Assembly: GCA_964016885.1 (NCBI GenBank)
Contig: OZ024743.1
Span: forward strand, 167,338,001-167,402,000
Direction: 5' to 3'
DNA length: 64,000 bases
DNA from: Eledone cirrhosa
Lineage: Eukaryota
Of this stretch, positions 17,627-30,789 are shown in pieces. A program made the translations under genes and the position numbers. The stretch's first letter is position 1; the number at the start of each line of letters is the position of its first letter. Below the pieces are notes generated by a model. The model had not been told where the DNA came from. It did not search any database and saw only the letters and a program-made list of their open reading frames with translations.

Positions 17627-17686
17627 TTTTATAGCTCTGACGAATCCTACGGTTACGTAAGGAAGAAACATTGTAAGCCAATAAAA
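17627..17686 (+). ncRNA. Type I hammerhead ribozyme in a ~160-bp orphan fragment (17566-17723)
   Basis: TTTTATAGCT-CTGACGA-ATCCTACG(GTTA)CGTAAGGAA-GAAA-CATTG-TA-AGCCAATAAAA; A-A opposition at base of stem II. Confidence 0.6.
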
Positions 17687-17835
17687 ATCTTTTGATGTTG
17701 TAGACGCTCTTGTGTTCTTTATCATATACACACATATATATATATCTCCACATATATATATATATACACACATATATATATACACATATATATATATACA
17801 CATATATATATATATACACACACATATATATATAT

Positions 17836-17875
<40 letters not shown>

Positions 17876-17877
<2 letters not shown>

Positions 17878-18057
17878 CCCCGACAGCTGAGCTCAAGCCG
17901 TTTCGACGGCTAATTCTGGAAACCAGAATTAGCCGTCGAAACAGCTTGAGCTTAGCCGTCGGGTCCTACTCGTTCCTATTACCCACTCTACTACCCTAAG
18001 TATTGAGTGCTTTGGTGCGTTATGGTCCATCTGGTTCCTTACCACATTTCCTTTGTT
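17876..18057 (+). mobile_element. Short PLE-type terminal fragment starting with a ~43-bp fold-back hairpin
   Basis: 17876-17919 pairs with 17923-17965 (AAA loop); downstream sequence matches 58609-58708. Confidence 0.6.
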
Positions 18058-18068
18058 ATATATATATA

Positions 18069-18550
18069 TCATCATCATCATCATCGTTTAACGTCCGTGT
18101 TCCACGCTTGCATGGGTTTGGACGGGAGTTTTCCCACTTGAGGCAAGAGTGATTGTCTTGCTCGCATAGGACCGTCTGGCAGGTTTTCTACAGCTGGATG
18201 CCCTTCCTAACACCAACCACATTTACAGTGTGGGTCTGGGAGGTTTTTACCGTGTTGCCTACACGGCCACATTACAGCGTGGACTGTGTTTTTTTGTCGT
18301 GACACCTACACGATCTCATTTGTTTCGGCCTGGATGTTGTGGCACCAACATAACTTTACATTGAAAGGGGCGGTGTGGATGGGTGGGGTGGTGAGACGGG
18401 GGTGTATTTTGTTAGAGATGCCTACTGACTGTAGTAGGTTTTACTTTGTATTTAGGTAAGGCGGGTCTTCTCTATTACTGAGTACCGCCAAAGGTCTCGG
18501 TCCAGTGACGTTGTCTTGGAGAGGTGTAAGTGTGTGAGGTCGGAATTTAT
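18069..18550 (-). mobile_element. RTE 3' fragment
   Basis: Reverse complement of ~6915-7400; (CAT)n at left end. Confidence 0.9.
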
Positions 18551-19029
18551 ATACACATATATATAGAGAAAATTGAGGTTGGTAATGGCACATGGAATAT
18601 ATAAGAGACAGAATACTTTTTTGTGAAAAAACATGTAATTTTATAAGGTAAGGAAAGAATAAAGGGTATAAAAAATGACCGGTTCCGATGGGTCTGCAAA
18701 AGCCATCTTTTCAAATGTTGATTAATATTAAGAAAAATTAATAATAAGAAGAGTTAAAATTTGAGATTTGAAAATTCAAGTATAAAATTCAGTGTGGGAT
18801 TTCATAGTAGTTTTCATCTTGGTAGCAGCAAGTTGACTGCTGTGTGTCTCTTTCTGGTAGTGAATGAGGAATTAAGGTCAGATTTAGCAATGGCCAGATG
18901 GCCAGGTGCTGGTCAGTGAGGGGGTGGAAGCAATATACATACATATATCTCCCCATGTGGTCGGTAGGAGAGGGGAGAGTGATAGAAAGGGATTTAGTGC
19001 ACTTACACCTATATATACACATACCCTCA

Positions 19030-19052
19030 TCCACACACACATACAAATACAT

Positions 19053-19093
<41 letters not shown>

Positions 19094-19116
19094 TACATAC
19101 ACACACACATACATAT

Positions 19117-19157
<41 letters not shown>

Positions 19158-19267
19158 TACACACACATATATATACACACACACACATATATACATACAC
19201 ATACATCCAGATACACACATACATACACAACACACACACATATATATATATATATATGTACATACAC

Positions 19268-19308
<41 letters not shown>

Positions 19309-19530
19309 TACATACACACACACATATATACATACACACATACAAACACACACACACATATATACACATATACACACACATATATATATACACACACACA
19401 CATATATACATACATATACATCCAGATACACACATACATACACACACACACACACACACATATACATACACATACATACATGCACACACATACACACACA
19501 CACACATACACATACATACACCCACACACA
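19030..19530. repeat. Mixed (CA)n/(TA)n microsatellite
   Basis: Direct reading. Confidence 0.95.
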
Positions 19531-19899
19531 TAGAGAAATGGCCTCCAAATATATATATATACATACATACAAATATTTTTTCCATAATATAAGAAGTTAG
19601 AACAGTGAAATTAAAATACAAGTCATTCTGATCACATTGAGTTCTTCATGTAGATTGGGCCCCGCAACCGACAGTGGTGAATTCTGTGTGCGCATATATA
19701 TATATAGATATATGTGTGTGCACGTGCAGGGTTTAACATGGATGTGTTGGTCACACAAAGGCATGGTCTGTCAACGAATAAACCTGATTCTACAGAATTG
19801 GTCTCTGGTCTTTAATAGTAGTGATAATTATATACATGCACACATACACACACATATCTGTCACTCCGTGCGTATGTGTGTTTATATTTTATGACAATT

Positions 19900-20440
19900 C
19901 TATTGGGGTGATAACCCGTTTAGTTTTGGTTTAAATTTGTTAAGGAATAGATTTTCTTTGTTTATTCTTTGTTGCTGTGTGAACGAATCTGAGCACTTGT
20001 AGAAGGGGAAGATTTTAAAGTTAGGTAGTGTCATTCCTGCGCAGTTCGCAATAAGGCTGCTCAAGGGGATTTTTCTTGTGTTAGCGTCCCGGATTTGTTG
20101 GCGGTGGATGGTCATTCTTTTGCGTAATGAGGTGCCCGTCTGTCCTATGTAGTTTGCACCCACCGCAAGTTATTGCGTAAATCAAGTTCTTGTTTTTTAC
20201 TGTAAATGTTTGGCCATCTTTAAATGTAAATTTTTGTCCTTCAGTGAGGTAGAGGCACGTTCCACAGTTTGTTCTACCACATTTGGTAACTGTAGGGTTG
20301 AGGATTGGTTTGGGTATATTTGGTCCAGTGAGAATGCGTTTTAGTGATTTGGGTTGTCTTTTACTTTTAAGGATCTTGTGTGTTTCAAGAATAGACTTCA
20401 TTTTTACATCTTTAAGTAGGATGGGGAGGTTTTTGTGTAG
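19900..20440 (-). mobile_element. PLE GIY-YIG endonuclease fragment
   Basis: KRQPKSLKRIL, CGRTNCGTC, NLIYAITC, then NYIGQT..LRKRMTIHRQQI...KPKLN after a frameshift. Confidence 0.82.
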
Positions 20441-20445
20441 GTGAT

Positions 20446-20785
20446 ATCATCATCATTTCATTTTACGTCTGCCTTTTCCCTGCTTGCAAGGGTGGGATGG
20501 GAACTGATTTTGGCTTGATTTCTATAGCTGGATGCCCTTCCTAACACCAACCTCATTTACAGTGAGTGCTGGGTGCTTTTTTGCCGTGGCACCTCCACAA
20601 CCACTTTGGAGTGGAACGATATGGACCCCAGTCCCTATCATCTCATTTCTACAGCTGAGTAAACTCGAACAATGTGAAATAAAGTGTCTTGCTCAAGGAA
20701 ACAACACATCACCCGGTTCTGAGAATTGAACTCACAACCTTTCGATTGCAAGGCCAATGCTCTAACCACTAAGCCATGTGCCTCA
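20446..20785 (-). mobile_element. tRNA-headed SINE with RTE-type 3' tail
   Basis: Minus strand A box TGGCTTAGTGG, B box GAGTTCAATTC, then TTGAGCAAGACAC; tail AGGAAGGGCATCCAGC...CCCTTGCAAGCAGGGAAAAG matches RTE tails; truncated copy at 40686-40938. Confidence 0.75.
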
Positions 20786-20844
<59 letters not shown>

Positions 20845-20940
20845 TATATATATATACACATATATATATATACATATATATATATATACACATATATATA
20901 TATGTATATATATATATGTTTTTCCGATTCTCGATTATTC

Positions 20941-20983
<43 letters not shown>

Positions 20984-21197
20984 TAAAAATATTAAAAAAA
21001 TATAAAAAAAATAATGAATAAAACAAAGAAACAGTTCCTTATATTAAACAAAAAAAGTTCATTATTTTACGATCGTTTCTAGGACATATATGTGTTAGAA
21101 TTGGTATGCATATTCAAAAGATCTATGTACAAAATTATACAAACTATCAAGGAGAATATACATACCATCACATATATATGCTGTCTTCAGAAATAAT

Positions 21198-21382
21198 TGT
21201 TTCTACTTTAGGCACAAGGCCAGCAATTACCCAGTGCATTACTGGTACTTTATTTTATCGACCCCGTAAGGATGAAAGGCAAAGTTAACCTCGGCGGGAT
21301 TTGAACTCAGACTGTAAAGGGACGTAACTATGCTGGAAAGCATGGCGTCTGACCCTCTACCGATACTGCCAATTCACCGCCC
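21198..21382 (-). mobile_element. Octopus-type tRNA-derived SINE with target-site duplication
   Basis: Reverse complement of 46052-46237; flanking direct repeat CTGTCTTCAGAAATAAT at 21181 and 21383. Confidence 0.85.
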
Positions 21383-21492
21383 CTGTCTTCAGAAATAATG
21401 ATGTATATTTATTGATAATAACAACAATTCAAAATTACAGGTCTGTTTGGGAACAGATTTTAAATAGACCAATGAAATACATAAAAATTCAT

Positions 21493-22553
21493 CAAGTCGA
21501 CAAAAGCTAAGTATAGGGGTTTACTTTTAGCTAGGTACTTCTCCTCTAGTTGTCGTACAATGAAAAGAGCGTCTGTGGTACTTTTACCTGACACAAACCC
21601 GAACTGCATTTCATCTAGATCAATTCTCTCTCTGATTAGTTGCGCTATTACTTTTTCTGTGACCTTCATGACCTGGTCGATTAATTTAATTTAATGCTTG
21701 GTTTACTATCCGGGTGACCATGGTGTGTCTCACCGTTCCAGAAGCTTTCAGCATTTCAGCAACTATTTCCGAAGGCCCAGCCGCCTTACCCGTCTTCATG
21801 TCTTTGATTGCCTTATTTATTATACTACCTTCGACTAACACTGCTGGTCCCTCTATTGGGTCGATGTGGAGGAGACTGTCTTTCTCCCATTTATTCTCCT
21901 CATTTAGTAGCCTTTCGTAGTGACACATCCAAGCTACCTTCTTATCAGCGTCAGTGATGGCAAGTACACCATCATCATTAAGGACACACTTCTCCTCGAC
22001 AATATCACGGTTTTCCTTGATACATTGCCTAGCAATCCTGAACACCTCACGTTTTTGGTCCTCGCGTTGTAGAACATGCTTGAACTTTCTTTCCTCTGCT
22101 TCCCTTCTTGGGAAGTTCACTTGTCTCCTAGCTTCCCTCCTGGCCACTTGATAGTCTTCTCTACTTCCCCCCATCCCGCCATACTTTCCAAGCCTGCTTT
22201 TTGGCCTTAATTGACTCCTCCACCTTACTGTTCCACCACCATGTTACTCTCCTCCTGCCTATAGGCCTGCTCCAGCCACAGACTTCGTCTGAAGCCATCA
22301 GCAGGTTTGCTTTCAGGAATTCCCACTGTTCCTCTATATTGTACGACTCTAAATGCTCTTTCTTACTGTCGAAAGCATCAAGTAATATGCTTTGGAATTT
22401 ATTTCTGGCTGTGGGGTCCTTTAGCTTCCATATTTTTCTCCTGAGGATAGTCCTCTTCTGCTGTCGAGTACGTCTCGTCGTTACTATGAGGTCGCTAATT
22501 ATCAGTCTATGTTGGGAGGTGCATTCTTCATGGGGGAGGGATTTACTGTTTAC
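21493..22553 (-). mobile_element. Internal RTE fragment with deletion
   Basis: Matches 54358-55510. Confidence 0.9.
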
Positions 22554-23525
22554 AACAGATTATAGACATGATAATTAAAAATATAAATTAAAGCATAAAT
22601 AAATACCTCTGTAACTATATAACACATGTACAAATCCAAAGAGATGTTTCGCCAGTAATTTGTTGACAAAAATGGAATAACCTCGGTTCATCAGCGTGTG
22701 TAAGGCTATACATTTCAGAGAACACTAAGAGAATTTTAAAAGTGACTTTCCAGCTACACGTGGGAGAGAGAAGTCACATCTCTTTGGATTTGTACGTGTG
22801 TTATATAGTTATAGAGGTATTTATTTACGCTTTAATTTATATTTTTAATTATCATATCTATAGTCTGCCTTTCATAGGTTATAGATTCCATACACTGGTC
22901 GTTTTTTCCCTGTTTTATTGATAGCGCACTGTACATCTCTCTCTGGTGTGTTACCTTTTCAACATATTGTATTTTAAAGAGCTCAGGATTTCTTCTCCTT
23001 TGAGCACATTATTTACAGGGAATGGCGACGGCCTATGGCTCCGTTAATTTATCGTGATATTTCGCTCCTTATAACAGTCATTCTTATCTCTCTGTTTGGT
23101 TGAGCACACTTCTCTGAGTGGTTTTGGGCTGCCCTTTCTAACAGTTCGTCCCTCAGAGGCCACTGGTTCACTGCCCTTAAACAAGCTGTGACTTCTCTCT
23201 CCCATGTGTAGCTGGACAGTCACTTTTAAAATTCTCTTAGTGTTGTCTGAAATGTATAGCCTTACACGCGCTGATGAACCGAGGTTATTCTATTTCTGTC
23301 AACAAATTACTGGCGAAACATCTCTTTGGATTTGTACGTGTGTTATATAGTTATAGAGGTATTTATTTACGCTTTAATTTATATTTTTAATTATCGTGTC
23401 TATAGTCTGCCTTACACTGGTGGTTTTTTTCCCTGTTTTATTGATAGCGCACTGTATATCTCTCTCTGGTGTGTTACCTTTTCAACATATTGTATTTTAA
23501 AGAGCTCAGGATTTCTTAGCTGTTG
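22554..23525 (+). mobile_element. pLTR-like repeat: inverted copy plus partial tandem duplication
   Basis: 22554-22778 is the reverse complement of 23187-23409; 22779-22993 repeats at 23320-23516; decayed CTGATGA...GAAACATCTC motif at 23271-23325. Confidence 0.6.
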
Positions 23526-23715
23526 AATAATGACTATCACTGAAATATATATAGCAGCGAATATGAATGAATGAAGCTAATTTTACCCTGTTGACTTACA
23601 TTTCTTGTTTTTACATTACTCGGGAGTAAACAGACCAACCTGTGCACTTCATTGAGTGGTCCAACCTGCATACTAAGGTGTCAGTAAACAACCAACCCAT
23701 ACTCAAAATTATATA

Positions 23716-26700
23716 TCTCTATATATATAAAACTGATGATGATGATGTGTGTGTGTATTTCCGTACCCACATTCTACAGTTTGCAACAGATTTTCTTCAA
23801 ATTGGGAACAAACCTGCCTTAGATAATGCCTCCAAGGAAGAGACCTGCCATTGGTCGAAAAACGCCGAAAGCTGGGAGAGGGAAAAGAAGAAAAGCAAAT
23901 GAATTATCAATGGAGGCTGTAATTAGACGATTGCAAGATGCTGATCATAAAGCTACTGCAAGAACATTAGAAAATTACGAGCAGTGTTGTGTTCGCCTAG
24001 CAAGGACTGCTGCTCGAGCTGCAGAGAATGGAGCGCAGTGTGTCCTCTGCCATACCAGGAATGCTGCAACGACCACTACTGCTCGAGCTGCAGAGAATGA
24101 GGCACAGCGTGTACTCCGCCAGACCTGGAATGCTGCCACAACTGCTGCTGCATGAGCTGCAGGGACCTCAGAAGACCGAAATAATCATCTGGAGATTAAT
24201 GTTCATCGAAGAGCTACTGGGCAGGGTATTTCAAGACCAAGCTGTTCACAATGGTTATTAAAAGCATTTGACTATAACCCTCACCTTAATTATGCTAACC
24301 ACCCTGACATGAACATTGGCAATATGTCTACCACTTGCCCATTTTGCAATGCCAAAAAGTAGTCAAGAGAAACACCTGGTATGTGTTGAGCAAATGGGAG
24401 GGTCACATTACACCGCCTGGAGGATCCACCACATCCATTGAAGCATCTTCTTACAGGCACAACAGCAGAGTCAAAACATTTCCTGGATAAGATCCGAAAG
24501 TACAATTGTGCCTTTCAAATGACCTCTTTTGGGGCAAATATTGTGAAGGAAGGTGGATTTATGCCCACTTTTAAAGTGCAGGAGCAAATCAAGATCCCCA
24601 ATTTCTTCAATTGTACTTTGTTGACAACTTCCAAGGACAAGCAGTTAGGAGGAACTCCATTTTGCTTGGTATTAACTTTGAGCTGACAATGAAACTGCAA
24701 GAGATGTTGCCCACGAAAAATAGCTATGTCATCAGCTTCAAATATGCCTTGGCAACAGTGACTGCATCAAATTTTAATGTGGTGATTGATGCTGCAAAAA
24801 GGCCATCTTGGGAACATGCAGGTCGCTGGCAAAAAAGGGGCCTTCCACATGCTCACATTCTGATTTGGCTATCAAAGATCAATTCCAATAACATTGACAA
24901 GATTATCTCTGCAGAGGTTCCAGATCCATCTAAAGACAAAGACCTCTATGATATAGTGAAGGCAAACATGGTGCATGGTCCATGTGGACGTGGCTTCAAT
25001 CTAAACTCGCCATGTTTGAAAGACAATGGGTCCACCAAAAAGTTTCCCAAGAAGTTCCTTCAAGAAACCCAGACTGGTAATGGTGGATATCCATCATACA
25101 GACGAAGGAAACCAGAAGATAGAGGATTTACAGCAAAGATTGGACAACTCGAGGTTGACAACAGATGGATTATTCTGTACTGCCCACTTCTGTCCAAGAT
25201 ATTCAACGCCCATATCAATGGTGAGTTTTGCAACTCCATAAATCCATCATGTACATATGTAAGTATGTAAATAAAGGTTCCGATGCTGCCATGTTTGGCC
25301 TTCAACAACTAAACAGCCGTGATGAGGTAACGCAGTATCAGGTCAGATGATACATCAGCAGCAACGAGGTCTTCTGGCACATTTTTGGCTTTCCACTACA
25401 CCAAAGGCACCCTGCCATTGAACAGCTTGCAGTGCACCTGCAAAATGGCCAAAGGGTGTACTTCACCAATGCTAATGCTGCTCAATTGTCAGAGGAACCA
25501 AGGGACACCACCCTCACTGCATTCTTCAAACTTTGTCAAGAAGATCCATTTGCTCAAACCTTGCTGTATCCCCAGGTGCCGTCCTACTATACCTGGGATA
25601 AAAAGAAATGGGCACGAAGAAAGGCAGGTCCAGCTGTTGATGGATACCCTGTATGAAGTTTGACAATTGTCTTGGGAGAGTTCACTCAGTGCATTCCAGC
25701 CAACATGAGTGTTTTTATCTCCGTCTACTACTGCATGAGGTCAGAGAACCAAGATTTTTCCAAGACCTAAAAACTGTTAATGGATATGTGTGTGTTACAT
25801 ACAAGGAAGCCTGCTTTAAGACTGTTAGAAGATGGTGCACTTTGGCAGAGGCTGCTTTATCACAATCACCTAAAAATCTCGGCACTATTTGCAGTATTGT
25901 TGCAACATGTAAACTGTGTAATCCTACCTCTTTGTGGCTCAAGTATAGAGATGACCTTTCTGAGGACGTCGAGCACAATTGCAGTACCCTGGCATGGAAG
26001 GTATCAGTGATGAGGTCTACAACAGAGCATTGATTGACATGGAAGACAGGATTGTTTCACTGGGTGGAAATCATTTGCTCACATGGCCTGCCCCAATCAT
26101 TCCAGACAAGGTCAAATACCGTTCCCACAGCTATCCTACGAGAAACATCCTATGACATTGATGCTCTTGCCCAATATGTTATTGAAACTGAACCACAACT
26201 GCTTCCAGACCAATAACGGGCCTACAGCACTATTGTTGACCATGTGCACCACCGAAAAAGAGGTATCTTCCTTGATGAAGCTGGAGGTTACAGGAAAAAC
26301 ATTTGTAACAAAGCTCCTCCTTGCAAAAGTGAGGCAGCACAAGGATATCGCGGTAGCTGTGGCCTCATCTGGGATTGCTGCAACTTTGTTGCCCGGTGGC
26401 AAGACAGCACACTCAACCTTTAAGCTCCCCCTGAATATAGCAACATCAGCAAGAGCTCAGATCAGGGGGAAGTCTTCAGAAGGTGTCATCTTATTATGTA
26501 GGATTAATACACCATTGCTCACAAAGGAGCTCTGGAAGCAGTAGATAGAGCCCTAAAAGATATCAGAGACTGTCAGGGTCCAATGGGAGGTGTAAGGCTT
26601 CTATTGTCTGGTGATTTCAGGGAGACTCTTCCCATCATTCCCAAAGGCACCAAGTCTTCTCCATTGTGGCAACAAGTTACAAAACTGACTCTTACCACTA

Positions 26701-27969
26701 ACATGAGAGCTTAACTGCACGGCAACCAACTGTCAGCCAAATTTGCAAAGGACATTTTGACACTTGGCGATGGCAAGGTGCATCGAGATGCTGGTGGAGA
26801 AATGACAGTCAGTCCAGTTTGTACCATTGTTAATACTGTGAATGATCTCAAAGACCAAGTGTTTCCAAATTTAAAGGAAAATTATGAAAACCACAATTCG
26901 CTGTGTCAAAGAGCAATACTGGCTCCAAAAAACAATGCTGTTTGTAAACTTAACGAACAGCTGATGCAGTCCCTTCCTGGTAGTCTTCACACTTATAAGT
27001 CAGTTGTTACAATCCCAGATCAAAATGAAATGGTAAATTATCCTCCTGAATTTCTCATTTTGTTGGAGCCTCCAAGACTACCTCCCCACATATTAGGACT
27101 TAAAGAAGGAACTTCGGTAATGCTGCTTCGGAATCTGGATCCGCCAAGACTCTGCAATGAGACATGCCTGGTGGTAAAGAATGTGATGTCACATGTTATC
27201 AAGGCCACCATTCTTTCTGGATGTGGAAAAGGTGATGATGTATTCATTCCAAGAATTCCTATCATTCCATCAGGAACAGAAATTCCATTTTCCTTTAGAA
27301 GACTGCAATTTCTAATTTGTGTCAGCTTTGCTGTGTCCATTAATAAATCTCAGGGTCAGACATTATTTGTGGCAGGACTTCACTTGGAAGAGTCATGTTT
27401 CTCACACGGATAATGGTATGTTGGCTGTTCTAGAGTGGGAAGCAAAAGAAATCTATTTGCATATGCTCGACAAGGAAAAACAAGGAACATTGTTTACAAA
27501 GAGGTCTTATAATCGCAATAACAAGGAGGTAGGTACGTAAGCACCTTTTCTTGAACAAATTTTACAGAATTTTTTTTCATTTTTTAACCAAAATCAGTTC
27601 ATTTTGTCTTAGGTAAATGCCAACAAAGAAGAGATCCTCCATTGATTGACAAATGGCGAGAGAAATAACCCCTTTTAACTGCTTCCTTCGAGCCGATTGA
27701 AGCACTGCAGTGCAATGCAACAAAACATCATAACTTCTGGAGTTCACAATCGATTTTCACCTAACTTGGCTATGTATATTCTACAGATAAATTTGAACAC
27801 TCAGAATTGGCACATATTGAGTAGGGGACCTCTGGGGGCAGGAACCCATTTTTGGAAAAAGCTGATGATTTTGTACAAGTATAGTTTTCGAAGAAGCACT
27901 GAAGTTTCGACATGAATGCTATACATGACTGCTATTCAATACCCGAGCAACACCGGGTACCTCTGCTAG
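23716..27969 (+). mobile_element. Helitron, decayed RepHel (HUH Rep + Pif1 helicase)
   Basis: 5' A|TCTCTATATATATAAAA; 3' hairpin CCCG-agcaacac-CGGG then CTAG|T; WQKRGLPHAHILIW, TGKTF, VASSGIAATLLPGGKTAHSTFKLP, SINKSQGQTL; many stops and frameshifts. Confidence 0.93.
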
Positions 27970-28149
27970 TATACAATATATTGTATATTCTCTCAGATAT
28001 ATGGTCCTTTCTCTCTATATATATATACATCCAAAATTAAATTAAGGGTGTCATGTCAGAGAGACATGCGCCATATCCACTGTAGAATATATATACATAT
28101 ATCTTTTACATTTAGATTATTATGGGTCTGAACAAAGTCTGTTGAGCTT

Positions 28150-30650
28150 GTTTAATGAGGAGCCCCAAAAAATCAAGCATACAAAAATACACATACTCAC
28201 CACAACCACTCCAGATCACAACTCGCTACCCTAAGCAACCTCAGATCAAAGAACCTTGTATACCTCCGATCGGACAAGGAATAAGAGTTTTGTGTTATGA
28301 CCAGAGTGGCCTACAACAACCTAGCTCACGAACATGTCAACGACGGCACTCTACTTGGAAGTCACTGGAATTACACCCATGCTAATAGAGAACCGGATCA
28401 ACACCACCTGCACCAACATCTGCAACCGACGAAGGCTCCTAAAGAGATTTCGGTGCGATTATATAACGAGAAACAGCAGGCTGGCCAACTTCTACCACCT
28501 GATCAAAACCCACAAAGAAGGACCCGACCTGAAAATTAGACCTATTGTTTCCAGTGTTGAAGGACCATCTTATAACATTTCTTGGCTTCTGTCCAAGATT
28601 CTAAAGCCCCCATTGACAACCATCCCGGGCCACGTCTACAGCTTGGAGGAACTTGAAACTCTCAGATCCAACAAGTACGCCTTCAGCCCATGTGTAGTAT
28701 CCCTCTACACATCGGTACCTGCACTCCCAGCTATGGACATACTCACTGAATGTGTCGGTTCCAGCGATCTGGATTGTTTCGGCCTCACCACCACCGACAT
28801 CCACCAGCTCCTATCCATCATTGTCAACAATATCTTCAACTTCCTGGGACAAACCTGCCGACAGACCTCTGGACTACCCATGAGATCCAGCCTCTCGGGT
28901 TTACTGGCCATTTCATGTATGATGATACCAGAATACCAAGTATTCAGCTCCTGCGACACTTGCGCTTTCTTCACTAGAAGAATGTACACAATGCAGATCT
29001 TGGGTACACAAGAGGTGTAGTGTGATAGCAGACAAACTAACAGGAAGGGAAAACTTCATATGCAATAGATGTTCGGGGAAATTTGATAGTAGAAGTATCA
29101 GTGATAGGCAAATTTTTCAAAGGCAGGAAGGATCTATAGAGGTGGGTGATAGCTTCCGATACCTAGGTGATCAGATTAGCAAGGGAGGAAGATGCTCCAA
29201 GGCCATAGTGTATATAATAAGGACATGATGGAAGAAGTTTAGGAAGCTGCTTCCTCTATTGACAACAAAGGGTTTCTCCCTACGAACGAAAGGTCGGTTA
29301 TATGATGCAGCATAGTAGTGAGACATGGGCGACAACTGCAGAGGATATGTGACAGTTGGAGAGAAATAAAACAAGCATGCTCCAATGAATGTGCAATGTC
29401 AATGTGCATGAACGATCAAGCATAGGCGAGTTGAGAGTGAAACTGTGTGTAAGAGGGATAAACTGTAGTGTGTGGGAGAGGAGACTACGTTGGTATGGAT
29501 ATGTGATGTGCATGGAAGATGACCGCTGGGTGAAGAAGTGCTAAGAAATCTCAGTGCAAAGAAGACGTAGCAGAGGAAGACCACAAAAAACATGGGCAGA
29601 GGTAGTGAGAGCTGACCTCAGATTGCTGAAGCTCACAGAGGAGATGACGAAGGACCATGACAAGTGGAGAGATGCTGTGCTGAAAAGGACCCATCCCACC
29701 CTTGCAAGCAGGAGAAAGCGGACGTAAAATGACAATGATGATGATATGTGGATGATATCCTCACATCCACCAAGGAGAATACCAACAAGATTTTCGAATC
29801 TTTCAACAATGCTGACAATAACATCAAATTCAGCATCACAAATCCCACTGACTCCAGGTCCCTCACCCTACTTGATTTCCGACTGAACATCTCTGATAGT
29901 GGTGAAATCCACACCAATTTCTACTGCAAAGCAGCCAGCAGGGACCTGTTTGTTCTATAAATCTGCCATCCCCAGCAGCTCTAAAAGAGGGTACATCTTC
30001 AATGAAATCGCTCGCATATGCAACCGATGCAGCGAAGCTGCTAATAGAGCCACCCATATCAGACAATTCCACAGAATGTTAGAGATTAGTGGCTACCCAG
30101 CTTCCTATTCCACTCCACAAGAAAATCCCAGGCCCAGAAACCAGACCAACACAAACAACAGTTGCTTCTTCACGATCCCACATCCCAGTGAGGAAACCAC
30201 CAACGCCATACGCAAAACCATCAGGAGAGAGGGCCTCAGTATCAAACTAGCTCACTCTGAACCTTCCCTGTGAAGATGCCTCTCCACAAGACAACCCCTC
30301 AACGAGGATAACGGATGCATCCTAGCCAATTGCCATATCCACAACACCAATTGTTGCCTACGTACCTACGTAGTATACAGGCTAGAATGTAACAGGTGCA
30401 ATCTATTGTACATAGGCAGCACTATTCGACCGTTACGTCTCCGTATTAAAGACCATGTTAACACCAACTCTTCTTCCTTCCACAAACACATCATCAAATG
30501 CAGAAGCCGGGACAACAACATTACCACCACAGTTTAGTTACCGAACGCAGTATAGGCACGCTGAGAATTAAGGAAACACTCTTGATCAAGTAATTAAAAC
30601 CTAGGGTCAATAATCGAATAGAAAGAAGTGCACCAGAATGGTTAATTTAA
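28150..30650 (+). mobile_element. Decayed Penelope-like element split by an RTE insertion
   Basis: FYHLIKTHK..KIRPIVS, SLYTSVP, QTSGLPM; resumes with VDDI near 29748, LTLLD, then VVYRLEC..C..LYIGST.R near 30370. Confidence 0.82.
28995..29743 (+). mobile_element. Decayed RTE 3' part inserted in the PLE
   Basis: FICNRC...IEVGDSFRYLGD; homologous to 10321-10853; (GAT)n tail. Confidence 0.85.
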
Positions 30651-30789
30651 AGCCTGTATTCCATCATCCCAGTTGCCTGTATCATTCTTTCTTTCAAATT
30701 AAATCTATGTCCTCACTAGGCATACACACTTAGAATCACACTAACACACATATATCGCACACATATTTTTCCCTTTTTATTATATATGT

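Noticed and set aside
20715-20785. tRNA gene on the minus strand
   Set aside because: A/B boxes present but it continues directly into SINE body and LINE tail; it is a SINE head.
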